From Spirochaetia bacterium (GTDB lineage Bacteria; Spirochaetota; Spirochaetia; CAKZLE01): 64,000 bases of DNA. The translations under genes and the position numbers were made by a program. The DNA lies in NCBI GenBank assembly GCA_963677595.1, contig OY782041.1, positions 2,688,001 to 2,752,000 on the forward strand. Reading direction: 5' to 3'. The notes below the pieces were generated by a model. That model saw only the letters and a list, made by a program, of their open reading frames with translations. It did no database searches and was not told the DNA's origin. Positions 27,029 through 36,824 of this stretch are shown here, in pieces. Every line of letters begins with the position of its first letter. The stretch's first letter is position 1.

Positions 27029-28423
27029 ATGAGAACAGACAGTATATTACGGATGGTGGGAGGAGAACGGTTCACCCCCTGCGGCCTGGCCGGTAAATTC
27101 TCAGCCAAGGTCCTGCTGGAGTCATCGTCGCTGATGAGCGGCAGGGAGCGCTACTCCCTGCTGGTCCTCGATGAGGCGTTCAGCGTCGTCCAGGACGGGG
27201 ATGATGTCCTCTTCATCAAGGATGGGGAGAAACAGAAGATCAGTGAGGGTGGAGAAGATATCCTGGACATCCTCCCGAGGTTCGCCTCACAGAACCCGAT
27301 CCTTCATGACTTCCCCTGCCCGACAGGCGGGGTGGGGTACCTCTCCTACGAGTTCTCACGCAAGTGCGATACGATCAGCTTCCGGGAGAAGCCGGACCCC
27401 TTGGGCATCTATGATGCCCACTTCCTCTTCGGCCACCTCTACATCATCTTCGACCATGCGACGGACCTCATCTACATCCTGGGCGTGAACTACCATGAGT
27501 CAATCATCGAGCTGGAGGCGGCGGTCGAGGATGTGATCAGGAGGATGAACGACCTGGACTTCAACTACTTAGCGGAGCCGGTCCCTCCGAAGGTGATGCG
27601 GATCATCGAGGATGCGAAAGCCGACGAGGATTTCAAACAGGGAGTCGAGGTGCTTCGGGAAGAGATCATCAAGGGGAACCTCCTGCAGGGCGTGCTCTCA
27701 CGCAGGCTCTATGTGGAGACCGACCTCGAGGCCTTCGATGCCTATAAACGGCTGCGAACGATCAACCCCTCACCCTATATGTTCTACCTGGACTTCACCT
27801 CCTTCGAGATCTTTGGGGCATCCCCCGAGGTCATGGTCAAGGTCCGTGATGACAAGGCCATCGTACGGCCGATCGCCGGCACGAGGAGGCGGGGGAAGGA
27901 CTCGAAAGAGGACAAGGCTCTGGAGAAGGAGCTCCTTGCGGACCCGAAGGAACGGGCAGAGCACGTGATGCTCATCGACCTGGCACGGAACGATCTCGGC
28001 CGGGTCGCGAAACCCGGTACGGTGACCCTGACGGAGACCATGGGGATCGAACGCTACTCCCACGTGATGCATATCGTCTCGGAAGTCGAGGCGAAGCTTA
28101 AGGACGGCATGGCTGCCGGGGACGTCATCCGGGCGACCTTCCCGGCAGGGACGGTATCGGGGGCACCGAAGATCCAGGCGATCAAGACCATCGACACCCT
28201 CGAGAACGAGAAACGCTCCTTCTATGCGGGACTCATCGGGTATATGGAGGGGGACGGCAACCTCGATACCTGCATCTCAATCAGGACGGCGCTGAAGAAG
28301 GGTGACCGGCTGATCCTCCAGTCCGGGGCGGGGATCGTCTACGACTCCGTACCTGAGCGTGAACTGGAAGAGACCAACGAGAAACTCAGGGGCATGGCTG
28401 CATGTCTCGGACTGGAGGTGTAG
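27029..28423 (+). CDS. trpE: Anthranilate synthase component I
   Basis: LLES, NPSPYMF, PIAGTR, EHVMLIDLARND and FPAGTVSGAPK motifs. Confidence 0.95.
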   Translation: MRTDSILRMVGGERFTPCGLAGKFSAKVLLESSSLMSGRERYSLLVLDEAFSVVQDGDDVLFIKDGEKQKISEGGEDILDILPRFASQNPILHDFPCPTGGVGYLSYEFSRKCDTISFREKPDPLGIYDAHFLFGHLYIIFDHATDLIYILGVNYHESIIELEAAVEDVIRRMNDLDFNYLAEPVPPKVMRIIEDAKADEDFKQGVEVLREEIIKGNLLQGVLSRRLYVETDLEAFDAYKRLRTINPSPYMFYLDFTSFEIFGASPEVMVKVRDDKAIVRPIAGTRRRGKDSKEDKALEKELLADPKERAEHVMLIDLARNDLGRVAKPGTVTLTETMGIERYSHVMHIVSEVEAKLKDGMAAGDVIRATFPAGTVSGAPKIQAIKTIDTLENEKRSFYAGLIGYMEGDGNLDTCISIRTALKKGDRLILQSGAGIVYDSVPERELEETNEKLRGMAACLGLEV

Positions 28424-28424
28424 C

Positions 28425-30017
28425 ATGTACATCATGATCGATAACTATGATTCATTCACCTATAATATCGTGCAGTATCTGTCAGAACTGACCGAGGAGA
28501 AGATCGCGGTCTACCGGAACGATGAGATCACCGTCGAGGAGATCAGGAAACTCGACCCGTCGGGCATCATCATATCCCCCGGGCCGGGGAGGCCTGAAGG
28601 GGCCGGGATATCGCTCGAGGCGATCAGGAAGCTTGGGGCTGAGTACCCCATCCTGGGAGTCTGTCTCGGCCACCAGTCGATCGGGCAGGTCTTCGGCGGG
28701 AAGGTGGTTCAGGCCGACAGGATTATGCATGGCATGACCGATACCGTCATGCATGACGGGAAGGGCCTCTTCCGGAACATTCCGCAGAACCTGACCGTGA
28801 CACGCTACCATTCGCTCTGCGTCGAGGAGGAGAGCCTCCCGGCATGCCTCGAGATCACGGCACGCTCCTCCGACAACCAGATCATGGGCCTGCGTCACCG
28901 GGAACTCCTCATAGAAGGGGTCCAGTTCCATCCTGAATCGATCTCGAGCGAGCACGGGAAGAAGATCTTCCAGAACTTCCTCACCTACCGCCGGGACCCC
29001 TACCCGGTCACGAAGACCCTCATGACCGTCATGGGTGGGAAGGACCTCTCTTTCAGTGAGGCTGCCCAGTTCATGGATGAGCTCACCGAGGGGAACTTGG
29101 ATGATGCGCAGATAGCATCCTTCCTCACCGCACTCAACATGAAGGGGTTCACCGAGCATGAGATAGCCGGCTGCGCCTCCATCCTCAGGAAGAAGTGCGT
29201 ACCCCTGCACCATGAGAAGCCGATGCTCGATACCTGCGGGACCGGCGGTGACGGCCTGGGGACCTTCAACATCTCCTCCTATGTCGCACTGGTCTGTGCC
29301 TCCTGCGGGGTCGAGGTCGCCAAGCACGGGAACCGGGCGATCAGCTCGAAGAGCGGCAGTGCCGATTTCTACGAGGCCCTGGGGATCAACATCAACCTCT
29401 CGCCGGAGCAGGCGGAACAGCTGCTCGAAGACACCTCGTTCACCTTCATGTTCGCACCCAGGTACCATGGGGCGATGCGGTTCGCAGGACCGGTGAGGAG
29501 GTCCCTCAAGCTGAAGACCATCATGAACGTACTCGGCCCCCTCGCGAACCCGGCCTCCAGCGAGTACCAGATCATCGGGGTCTATGATCGGACCCTGCTC
29601 AAGAAGGTCGCCAGAGCCGCGAAACTCCTCGGGGTCAAGCGGGTCATGACCGTCCACGGGTCGGGCGGGGAGGACGAGATCTCGACCTCCGGGCCGACAG
29701 AGCTCTTCATGATCGACGAGATGGGGATCGAGGAGTCGATGGTGATCACCCCCGGGGACTTCGGCCTCCAGGCCTATGATGGAGCAGAGATCAAGGGTGG
29801 GACAGCCCCTGAGAACGTCGCTATAGCCAATGCGATAGAGAAGCATGCGGCGGTCCTCTCTGCCGTGCTCCTCAACAGCGGAGCCGCCCTCTATACCGCA
29901 AAGCGGGTAGAGTCCATCGCTGACGGTATCAGGATGGCTGAAGAAGCTGTCAGGAGCGGGGAGGTAGAGCAGAAGATCACCGAAGTGGTCGAGCGGTCGA
30001 GACGGTTCGGGAAGTGA
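28425..30017 (+). CDS. trpGD: Bifunctional anthranilate synthase component II / anthranilate phosphoribosyltransferase
   Basis: IDNYDSFT, GVCLGHQ and QFHPES, followed by DTCGTGGD and KHGNR; start moved to ATG 28425. Confidence 0.95.
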   Translation: MYIMIDNYDSFTYNIVQYLSELTEEKIAVYRNDEITVEEIRKLDPSGIIISPGPGRPEGAGISLEAIRKLGAEYPILGVCLGHQSIGQVFGGKVVQADRIMHGMTDTVMHDGKGLFRNIPQNLTVTRYHSLCVEEESLPACLEITARSSDNQIMGLRHRELLIEGVQFHPESISSEHGKKIFQNFLTYRRDPYPVTKTLMTVMGGKDLSFSEAAQFMDELTEGNLDDAQIASFLTALNMKGFTEHEIAGCASILRKKCVPLHHEKPMLDTCGTGGDGLGTFNISSYVALVCASCGVEVAKHGNRAISSKSGSADFYEALGININLSPEQAEQLLEDTSFTFMFAPRYHGAMRFAGPVRRSLKLKTIMNVLGPLANPASSEYQIIGVYDRTLLKKVARAAKLLGVKRVMTVHGSGGEDEISTSGPTELFMIDEMGIEESMVITPGDFGLQAYDGAEIKGGTAPENVAIANAIEKHAAVLSAVLLNSGAALYTAKRVESIADGIRMAEEAVRSGEVEQKITEVVERSRRFGK

Positions 30018-31483
30018 GCATGATGAACGATGATATTCGATTGAGGATCTTCAGTGACCGGAAGAAGCGGATCGCAGAAGAGGGCTTCTCCCTCGGGGTG
30101 TATGTACCGGATGAGCGGATCCTTCCCTGCGTCGATGCACTAGCGAGCATCACCGACACCCGCCTGATCTGCGAGGTCAAGCGGTCGTCCCCCTCGAAGG
30201 GGATCATCGACGGCAGGCTCGACCCGGTGAAGCAGGCAGGAGTCTACCATGCAGCTGGTGTGCGCGTGGTGTCGGTCCTCACCGAGGAGGACTACTTCAG
30301 CGGGTCGCTGCAGGACCTCATCGAGGTGAAGCGGGCTTACCCCGACCTGGCAGTCCTGAGGAAGGACTTCCTCTACTGTGAGGAGGATATTGACATCAGC
30401 TTCCGTGCGGGTGCCGACCTCGTGCTGCTCATCGCCTCGCTGCTGAGCGCGGCAGAGCTCGGGCATCTCTACCGCTATACCCTGGAGAAGGGGATGACCC
30501 CCCTCGTGGAGGTCCACTCAACAGATGATATCGACAAGGTACGGCCCTTCAGGCCGCTCCTGACCGGGATCAACTGCCGGAACCTGAAGACCTTCACCAT
30601 AGACCGGCTCTTTCCCGTCGGGCAGAAGCAACAGATCGACTGGGAGACTTCCATCGTCTATGAGTCGGGGATCTGGGGCTACGAGGATGCCTTCCTTGCT
30701 GGAAATCAGGGATTCAGCGCCCTGCTCATCGGGGAGTCCGTGGTCCGGGACCCAAAGCGGATCCCGAAGATCCGGGACGGATTAACAGATGGTATAGCAG
30801 CGATGGGTGCGAAGAGCCGGTTCTGGGAGCGGATAGCCTTCCTGAAAGGCCGGAAGAAGCCGATCGTCAAGATCTGCGGGATCACCAACCGTGAGGATGC
30901 CGAGGAGGCAGTACGCTGCGGCGCTGATATCCTGGGGTTCATCTTCGCAGATTCCCCGAGGGAGACAGATCCTGGTTTCGTGCGGTCATTGGCAGGCCTT
31001 GAGGTGCTCAAGGTCGCGGTCATCGTCGATGCCGATACCGACAACCGACGTCTGAGGGATGTGAACGACCTGCTTGATGCCAGGTTCATCGATGCCGTGC
31101 AGTTCCACGGGGATGAGCCTGCGGATGCCTGTTTCGACCTTTCCTATCCATACTACAAGGCCTTCCGCCTGAAGGATGAAGAGAGTATCATGGGGATGCG
31201 GGCATACCACTGCCCGAGGGTGCTCATCGATGCCTACCACCCGGCGCTCCATGGGGGCACGGGGAAGCAGATCGATGCGGCGATCGTCGAGGAGGTCTCC
31301 AAGGGCTATGATCTCTGGATCGCCGGGGGTGTCACCCAGGAGAACGTCGCGGAGCTGGTCAGGACCTTCAGTCCTGAACTGATCGATATCTCGAGCGGGG
31401 TGGAGTCATACCCCGGGAAGAAAGACGGACAGCGGCTCAAGCTGCTGTTCGACACGATAGAGGGACTGTATGAAAACCAGTGA
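30014..31483 (+). CDS. trpCF: Bifunctional indole-3-glycerol phosphate synthase / phosphoribosylanthranilate isomerase
   Basis: EVKRSSPSKG, LRKDF and GINCRNL, followed by VKICGIT, QFHGDE, GGTG and DISSGVE. Confidence 0.93.
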   Translation: MSMMNDDIRLRIFSDRKKRIAEEGFSLGVYVPDERILPCVDALASITDTRLICEVKRSSPSKGIIDGRLDPVKQAGVYHAAGVRVVSVLTEEDYFSGSLQDLIEVKRAYPDLAVLRKDFLYCEEDIDISFRAGADLVLLIASLLSAAELGHLYRYTLEKGMTPLVEVHSTDDIDKVRPFRPLLTGINCRNLKTFTIDRLFPVGQKQQIDWETSIVYESGIWGYEDAFLAGNQGFSALLIGESVVRDPKRIPKIRDGLTDGIAAMGAKSRFWERIAFLKGRKKPIVKICGITNREDAEEAVRCGADILGFIFADSPRETDPGFVRSLAGLEVLKVAVIVDADTDNRRLRDVNDLLDARFIDAVQFHGDEPADACFDLSYPYYKAFRLKDEESIMGMRAYHCPRVLIDAYHPALHGGTGKQIDAAIVEEVSKGYDLWIAGGVTQENVAELVRTFSPELIDISSGVESYPGKKDGQRLKLLFDTIEGLYENQ

Positions 31484-32684
31484 CCAGGGATTCTTCGGCC
31501 GGTTCGGCGGCATGTACGTGGCAGAGATCCTGCGTTCCCCGCTCGATGAGCTGAACGAGGCATTTACCGCAGCTATGGGGGATGAGGATTTCCTCTCACA
31601 GCTGCGTACGGAATCGAAGGACTATATAGGCAGGCCGACACCACTGATGCATGCGAAGCGCTCTTCAGAGGCCCTCGGCGGGGCACAGCTCTACATCAAG
31701 CTCGAAGGCCTGGCAAATACCGGGGCCCATAAGATAAACAACGCGATGGGACAGGGGCTGCTGGCGAAACGCATGGGCAAGACGAGGATCATCGCGGAGA
31801 CCGGTGCCGGTCAGCACGGCGTGGCCACTGCCGCAGTCTGTGCCCGTCTCGGCCTCGAGTGCGTTGTCTATATGGGTGAGGTCGACATCAGGCGGCAGCA
31901 CCCCAACGTCTTCTGGATGGAACAGTACGGGGCGACTGTGGTCCCGGTCACGTCCGGGTCGAGGACCCTCAAGGATGCCGTGAACGAGGCGCTGCGTGAC
32001 TGGGCGAGGAACTATGAGGACACCCACTACCTGCTCGGGTCTGCCCTCGGCCCCGCCCCCTATCCCGATATGGTGCGCGAGTTCCAGAGCGTCATCGGGA
32101 AGGAGGTCTCATCCCAGTCGAAGGGGCTCGAGGTCGAGGCGATGGTCGCCTGCGTCGGAGGCGGGTCGAATGCGATCGGCTTCTTCTCGCCCTACATCGA
32201 GTCGGGGACGCCCCGGCTCATCGGCGTCGAGGCCGGCGGGAGGGGCTCCTCCCCCGGGGAACATGCCGTCAGGATGGACGGCAGCGGTTCGGTGAGTGTC
32301 GTCCAGGGGTATAAGAGCCGGTTCCTCCTCGATGGGGAGGGCCAGGTCCAGACGACCCATTCAGTCTCAGCCGGGCTCGACTATGCCGGGATAGGGCCAC
32401 AGCTGGCCCACCTCGGGGAGATCGGGCGGCTCGAGTTCGCCAGGATCTCCGATGCGGAGGCGATCGATGCCGTGAAGTTCTTTGCCCGCCATGAGGGGCT
32501 CTGCTTCGCCCTGGAATCGGCGCATGCCGGGGCCTATGCCATGAAGCTCGCGAAGGAGCTCCCGCCCGGAAAGGCGATCATCGTCAACATGTCCGGCCGC
32601 GGCGACAAGGATATCTTCATCACCGCCCGGGCGATCGATGAGGATAACTGGATCTCTTTCCTTGAACAGGAGGCCGTACGATGA
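31470..32684 (+). CDS. trpB: Tryptophan synthase beta subunit
   Basis: TGAHKINN, ETGAGQHG, GGGSNA and SGRGDKD motifs. Confidence 0.97.
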   Translation: MKTSDQGFFGRFGGMYVAEILRSPLDELNEAFTAAMGDEDFLSQLRTESKDYIGRPTPLMHAKRSSEALGGAQLYIKLEGLANTGAHKINNAMGQGLLAKRMGKTRIIAETGAGQHGVATAAVCARLGLECVVYMGEVDIRRQHPNVFWMEQYGATVVPVTSGSRTLKDAVNEALRDWARNYEDTHYLLGSALGPAPYPDMVREFQSVIGKEVSSQSKGLEVEAMVACVGGGSNAIGFFSPYIESGTPRLIGVEAGGRGSSPGEHAVRMDGSGSVSVVQGYKSRFLLDGEGQVQTTHSVSAGLDYAGIGPQLAHLGEIGRLEFARISDAEAIDAVKFFARHEGLCFALESAHAGAYAMKLAKELPPGKAIIVNMSGRGDKDIFITARAIDEDNWISFLEQEAVR

Positions 32685-33421
32685 ACCGATCGATCATGTC
32701 ACACCTTATCGCGGGCTACCCCGATATTGAGACCTCCAGGCAGGTCGCCCTCGGGCTCTCCCGGGGTGGGGCTGCCTACCTGGAGATACAGTTTCCCTTC
32801 TCGGACCCTACCGCGGACGGTCCGGTCATCCAGGCTGCATGTACGGATGCATTAGAGGGCGGCTTCACGCTGAAGAGAGGGTTCGACCTCATCGGGGAGA
32901 TCACCCGGACCGTCGATACCCCCGTCTACATCATGACCTATGCGGCGCCGGTCGTCCACATCGGGGTGGGGGAGTACCTCGGGAAGGTACAGGCCGCAGG
33001 GGCTGCGGGCTGCATCATCCCCGACCTCCCGGTAGGTTCGGATGAGGGACTCTACACCATCGCTGCAGAGCTCGGCCTTGATGCCGTTCCCGTCATCGCG
33101 CCGAACACGAGCGCCCGAAGGCTGGAGGAGATCCTGGAAGTAGGTCCGAAGCATATCTACTCCGCCCTGCGTGCAGGGATCACCGGCAGCAGGACCGAAC
33201 TCAGTGAAGATTCATTACAGTTCTTGAAGAAGGTACTCGGCAGGGGGGTATCAGTCCTGGGCGGTTTCGGGATCAGGTCCTCAGGGCAGGTGCATACCCT
33301 CGCACAGATGGATGTCACCGCAGTCATCGGTTCCTACTTCGTCGAGGAGCTCAATCGGCTCGTCAGTGAGGGAACTAATGTGGAAGAGGGCATGAGGGCC
33401 GCGATCGCGGCACTCCTCTGA
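32681..33421 (+). CDS. trpA: Tryptophan synthase alpha subunit
   Basis: PFSDPTADGPVIQ, IIPDLP, GITG and GFGI motifs. Confidence 0.95.
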   Translation: MNRSIMSHLIAGYPDIETSRQVALGLSRGGAAYLEIQFPFSDPTADGPVIQAACTDALEGGFTLKRGFDLIGEITRTVDTPVYIMTYAAPVVHIGVGEYLGKVQAAGAAGCIIPDLPVGSDEGLYTIAAELGLDAVPVIAPNTSARRLEEILEVGPKHIYSALRAGITGSRTELSEDSLQFLKKVLGRGVSVLGGFGIRSSGQVHTLAQMDVTAVIGSYFVEELNRLVSEGTNVEEGMRAAIAALL

Positions 33422-33426
33422 AGTTC

Positions 33427-34155
33427 TTACGGCCGGTGGTTCCAGCTGCAGAGGCGTCGCTCGAGCAGCGCGAAGAGGCCGAAGAGGAGGGATCCGAGCA
33501 GGCTCAATGATATGATGCCCGCATACATGTCCAGGTAATCGAGCCGTATCCACCCATCCATGATGTACCACCCCAGGCCGGTGACCGAGGCGAAGGTCTC
33601 TGCCAGGAATAGGACCGCTGCGGCGGTCCCGGTCGAGATACGCAGCGCGGTGAAGAGGTTCGGCAGGATCGCCGGGATGATCACATGCCGGAGTATCTCG
33701 AATCTCCCCGCCCCGAGACTCCTGATCGAGTCGATGTATCGCTCATCGATCGCATGGGCGGCATCCCTGACCACGAAGAAGAGCTGGAAGGTGATGACGA
33801 TCGTGATGAAGATGACCTTCGAGAGGTCGTTCAGTCCGAAGAAGAGCATGATCACCGGCAGCAGCGCGACCTTCGGGATCGGGTAGAGCGCCCCCGCGGC
33901 GGGGCTGATGAGGGCGTGGGCCCTCCGGTTCCTCCCTGCTGCCAATGCGGCGGGGACTGCCAGGAGTGAGGCGGCTCCGATCGCGAAGATGATCCTCTCT
34001 GCCGAGATCGCCGTATGGACCAGGAGCCTCCCGTGGAGGAACTCCTCAGCAGTCCTGATGACGGCATCTATCGGGGTCGGGAGGAAGGGCTTTGCGATCA
34101 GCAAAGATGCCAGGTGCCAGATGACTGTCAGGATGAGCAGGGCAAGTACCTTCAT
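33427..34155 (-). CDS. NitT/TauT-type ABC transporter permease
   Basis: YPIPKVALLP; EAA-like loop SIRSLGA...VIIPA; AET...GLG. Confidence 0.88.
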   Translation of the reverse strand: MKVLALLILTVIWHLASLLIAKPFLPTPIDAVIRTAEEFLHGRLLVHTAISAERIIFAIGAASLLAVPAALAAGRNRRAHALISPAAGALYPIPKVALLPVIMLFFGLNDLSKVIFITIVITFQLFFVVRDAAHAIDERYIDSIRSLGAGRFEILRHVIIPAILPNLFTALRISTGTAAAVLFLAETFASVTGLGWYIMDGWIRLDYLDMYAGIISLSLLGSLLFGLFALLERRLCSWNHRP

Positions 34156-34889
34156 GCCTCAAGACCTCCCTTCAGTGCGGACCTGATCGTCCGGACCTGC
34201 TGAAAATAGGCCTCATCGGTCCGTGAGAGGGCTCCCGGTAGACGAGAGAAGCTGCGGGTGAAGGACGAGATCCCGTTCTCGGGGTCCTTCTCCATGAGAT
34301 GGACCTCCTCACTGAGGAAGGCGGCCTCCTCGATGCTGTGGGTGACCATCAGCACCGTCATATGGTGCGCCTCCTGGATGCGGAGCAGCAGCTCCTGCAT
34401 CTGCTCCCGCTTCATGGCATCGAGGGATGAGAAGGGCTCATCCATCAGCAGGATCGAGGGGTTGAGCACCAGCGTCCGCGCGATCGCGACCCGCTGCCGT
34501 TCACCTCCCGAGATCGCCTGGGGATAGGAATCTCTCAGGTGCGAGATCCCGAGCTCCTCCATCACCCCGTCAGTCAGGCGTCGGATCGTCTTCCGGTCCC
34601 TGCCCTGTATCTTCAGTCCCAAGCCTATGTTCTCACCCACGCGTTTCCACGGGAAGAGCCCGTAATCCTGGAGGATGATCGCCGTCCGGACCTCCTCGGC
34701 CGACCCGGGGATCTCGATAGACCCCGAGTCAGGCTTCAGGAGCTCGCTGATGAGATAGAGCAAGGTGGTCTTCCCGCAGCCGGAGGGCCCGATGATGCCA
34801 TGAACCTTCTCTCTCTCGAAGGTATGGCTCAACTCCTGGAAGATGGGATCTCCCCCAGGATAGGCGAACTGCAGGGAGTCCAGCTTCAC
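34152..34889 (-). CDS. NitT/TauT-type ABC transporter ATPase
   Basis: GPSGCGKT, ISGGERQR, MDEPFSSLD and VTHSIEEA motifs. Confidence 0.92.
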   Translation of the reverse strand: MKLDSLQFAYPGGDPIFQELSHTFEREKVHGIIGPSGCGKTTLLYLISELLKPDSGSIEIPGSAEEVRTAIILQDYGLFPWKRVGENIGLGLKIQGRDRKTIRRLTDGVMEELGISHLRDSYPQAISGGERQRVAIARTLVLNPSILLMDEPFSSLDAMKREQMQELLLRIQEAHHMTVLMVTHSIEEAAFLSEEVHLMEKDPENGISSFTRSFSRLPGALSRTDEAYFQQVRTIRSALKGGLEA

Positions 34890-35845
34890 GGCTGCAGGAA
34901 CTCCAGGTCCCAGTCCGGGTCGAAGAGGTCCGAGAAGTCTGACCGGGGACCGATCAGCCCCTTACCAGCCATCCAGTCAGCTACTGCTGAGATCTCCAGG
35001 TCTGCCGGGAGCCTGGGGGTCCCGTAGGTGACGAACTCGTAGGCATCCCTGACCGGTGCAGGGAAGCCTGCATGGTCGATGAGGAAGTCACGGTAGCCGT
35101 CCGGATCGGCATCGATACGGGAGGCAGCCTCCGCATAGGCTTTGTAGAGGGCCTCCATGTTGGCGCGTTTCGTCTGGACCACATCAGCTGTGAAGATGAG
35201 GATGCCGGGAGCACTCGGGAGGATCGTCGTGTCGATGATCGGTCTCGCACCGCGAGCGATCACGAGGGAGTAGAGCGGCTCCGGCAGCGTCGCTGCGTCG
35301 AGGCCTCCCTGGAGCAGCAGCTCCATGCGGATGGGGATCTTCGGTACTGCGGTGAGCCCCAGATCGTCGGTCGGTACCCCCTGGTCCTCGAGCAGGGCAT
35401 ATACGGCATACTCGATGATCGTGTTCGAGGAGATCCCGTTCGTTTTACCGATGAGGTCCTTCGGCTCCCTGATACTCGAGTCCGGGGAGGCTGCGATACC
35501 GTACCGGCCCTTCGTGTCAGAGGTGATCGTGATGTCGATCCCGGCCTCCTCCAGGAAGAGGGCTGCCAGGGTGTCGCCGATGAAGCCGTCTATCTCCCCG
35601 GCCTGGAAGGCTGCATCCCGTTCCACCGGACTGTGGAAGGAGACAAGCTCCACTTCAGCCCCATTGGTCTCGAAGAGCGACTCATACTCAGCCACGAGGA
35701 AGGGAAGGGAATCGGCATCGGGGAGTACCCCGAGCCTGATCGGTTCGAGGGAGGTCTCCGTAACACCTCCCGCGGTAAGGGCAGCAGTCGCTGCGGAGAG
35801 GATCAGTATGATCCCGATGATTCTCATTACACTACGTATTCTCAT
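34886..35845 (-). CDS. SsuA/NMT1-like ABC substrate-binding protein
   Basis: Signal peptide; LGVLPDADSLP, ERDAAFQAGEIDG and DAATLPEP motifs. Confidence 0.85.
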   Translation of the reverse strand: MRIRSVMRIIGIILILSAATAALTAGGVTETSLEPIRLGVLPDADSLPFLVAEYESLFETNGAEVELVSFHSPVERDAAFQAGEIDGFIGDTLAALFLEEAGIDITITSDTKGRYGIAASPDSSIREPKDLIGKTNGISSNTIIEYAVYALLEDQGVPTDDLGLTAVPKIPIRMELLLQGGLDAATLPEPLYSLVIARGARPIIDTTILPSAPGILIFTADVVQTKRANMEALYKAYAEAASRIDADPDGYRDFLIDHAGFPAPVRDAYEFVTYGTPRLPADLEISAVADWMAGKGLIGPRSDFSDLFDPDWDLEFLQP

Positions 35846-35951
35846 AATTACTCCATTAACTCATTTCTCTTGGTATATTTGAAACAGGGATGCAGCTCGT
35901 GCTGTCGCCTGTAGTATGTGGATGCCTCGATGATCATAGGTGCGTCACCTC

Positions 35952-36824
35952 TCACAGGTAGACCTCCAGGACGATGATGATGAGGAAGAGGACGCTGACG
36001 ATCTCGTTTATATGATAGGAGGCCCGCTTCACCTGCGTGAGGTTCTTCGGGGCGACGATGAGGTGCTCATAGGTGATCAAGGCCGTGATGGGGACGAGCC
36101 CGGTGTAGAAGATCCAGCTCACCGGGTAGAACCAGGCGATCGCTGCCAGGCAGACAAGGGCCGCAGCATGGGCGAGGGTGGAGATGACCAGCGCGCCATG
36201 CGCCCCGAAACGGGCCGGTACGGAGTGCAGTCCCTCCCTGCGGTCGAACTCGATATCGAGACAGGCATAGATGATGTCGAAGCCCGCGACCCAGAGCGTC
36301 ACAGCAGCGGCGATGGGGAAGAACCGCAGTTCGATCGACCCCGTCAGGGCGATCAGCGTACCCATCGGCGCGATCGCCACGCAGGCGCCGAGGATGAAGT
36401 GCGAGAGCCAGGTGAACCGCTTGCTGTAGGAGTAGAGGATGATCATCCCTGCCGCGACCGGTGTGAGGAGCAGGCAGAGGGGGTTGAGCATGTAGGCTGA
36501 GAAGAGCAGGACCAGCGTACAGAAGAGGATGAAGAGGGCGAGGTCCTTCTGCTTGAGCAGTCCTGAGACCAGGTGCCGGGCTGCAGTCCTCGGGTTCCTC
36601 GCATCGATCTTGCGGTCGACTACCCGGTTGAGGGCATTCGCCCCGTTCCGGCCGGCGGTGACTGCCAGCAGGATCCAGAGCAGTTTCCCGAAGGGGACCT
36701 TCCCCTGTGTTTCCAGGAGCATGGCCGCCAGGGCAAAGGGGAGGGAGAAGAGCGTATGCTCGATCATGACCGCCTCCGAGATGAAGGCGAGCTTCCGTCC
36801 GATACCGATCCCTTCCCGGTTCAC
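35952..36824 (-). CDS. UbiA-like polyprenyltransferase (futalosine-pathway MqnP type)
   Basis: EHTLFSLPF, NRVVDRKIDARNPRT, YSYSKRFT and GFDIIYACLDIEFD motifs. Confidence 0.88.
   Translation of the reverse strand: MNREGIGIGRKLAFISEAVMIEHTLFSLPFALAAMLLETQGKVPFGKLLWILLAVTAGRNGANALNRVVDRKIDARNPRTAARHLVSGLLKQKDLALFILFCTLVLLFSAYMLNPLCLLLTPVAAGMIILYSYSKRFTWLSHFILGACVAIAPMGTLIALTGSIELRFFPIAAAVTLWVAGFDIIYACLDIEFDRREGLHSVPARFGAHGALVISTLAHAAALVCLAAIAWFYPVSWIFYTGLVPITALITYEHLIVAPKNLTQVKRASYHINEIVSVLFLIIIVLEVYL

Noticed and set aside
28482-29846. 454-aa minus-strand ORF (similarly 16684-17892, 3895-5040 and 49684-50769)
   Set aside because: These are shadows of well-supported genes on the opposite strand and show no recognisable motifs.
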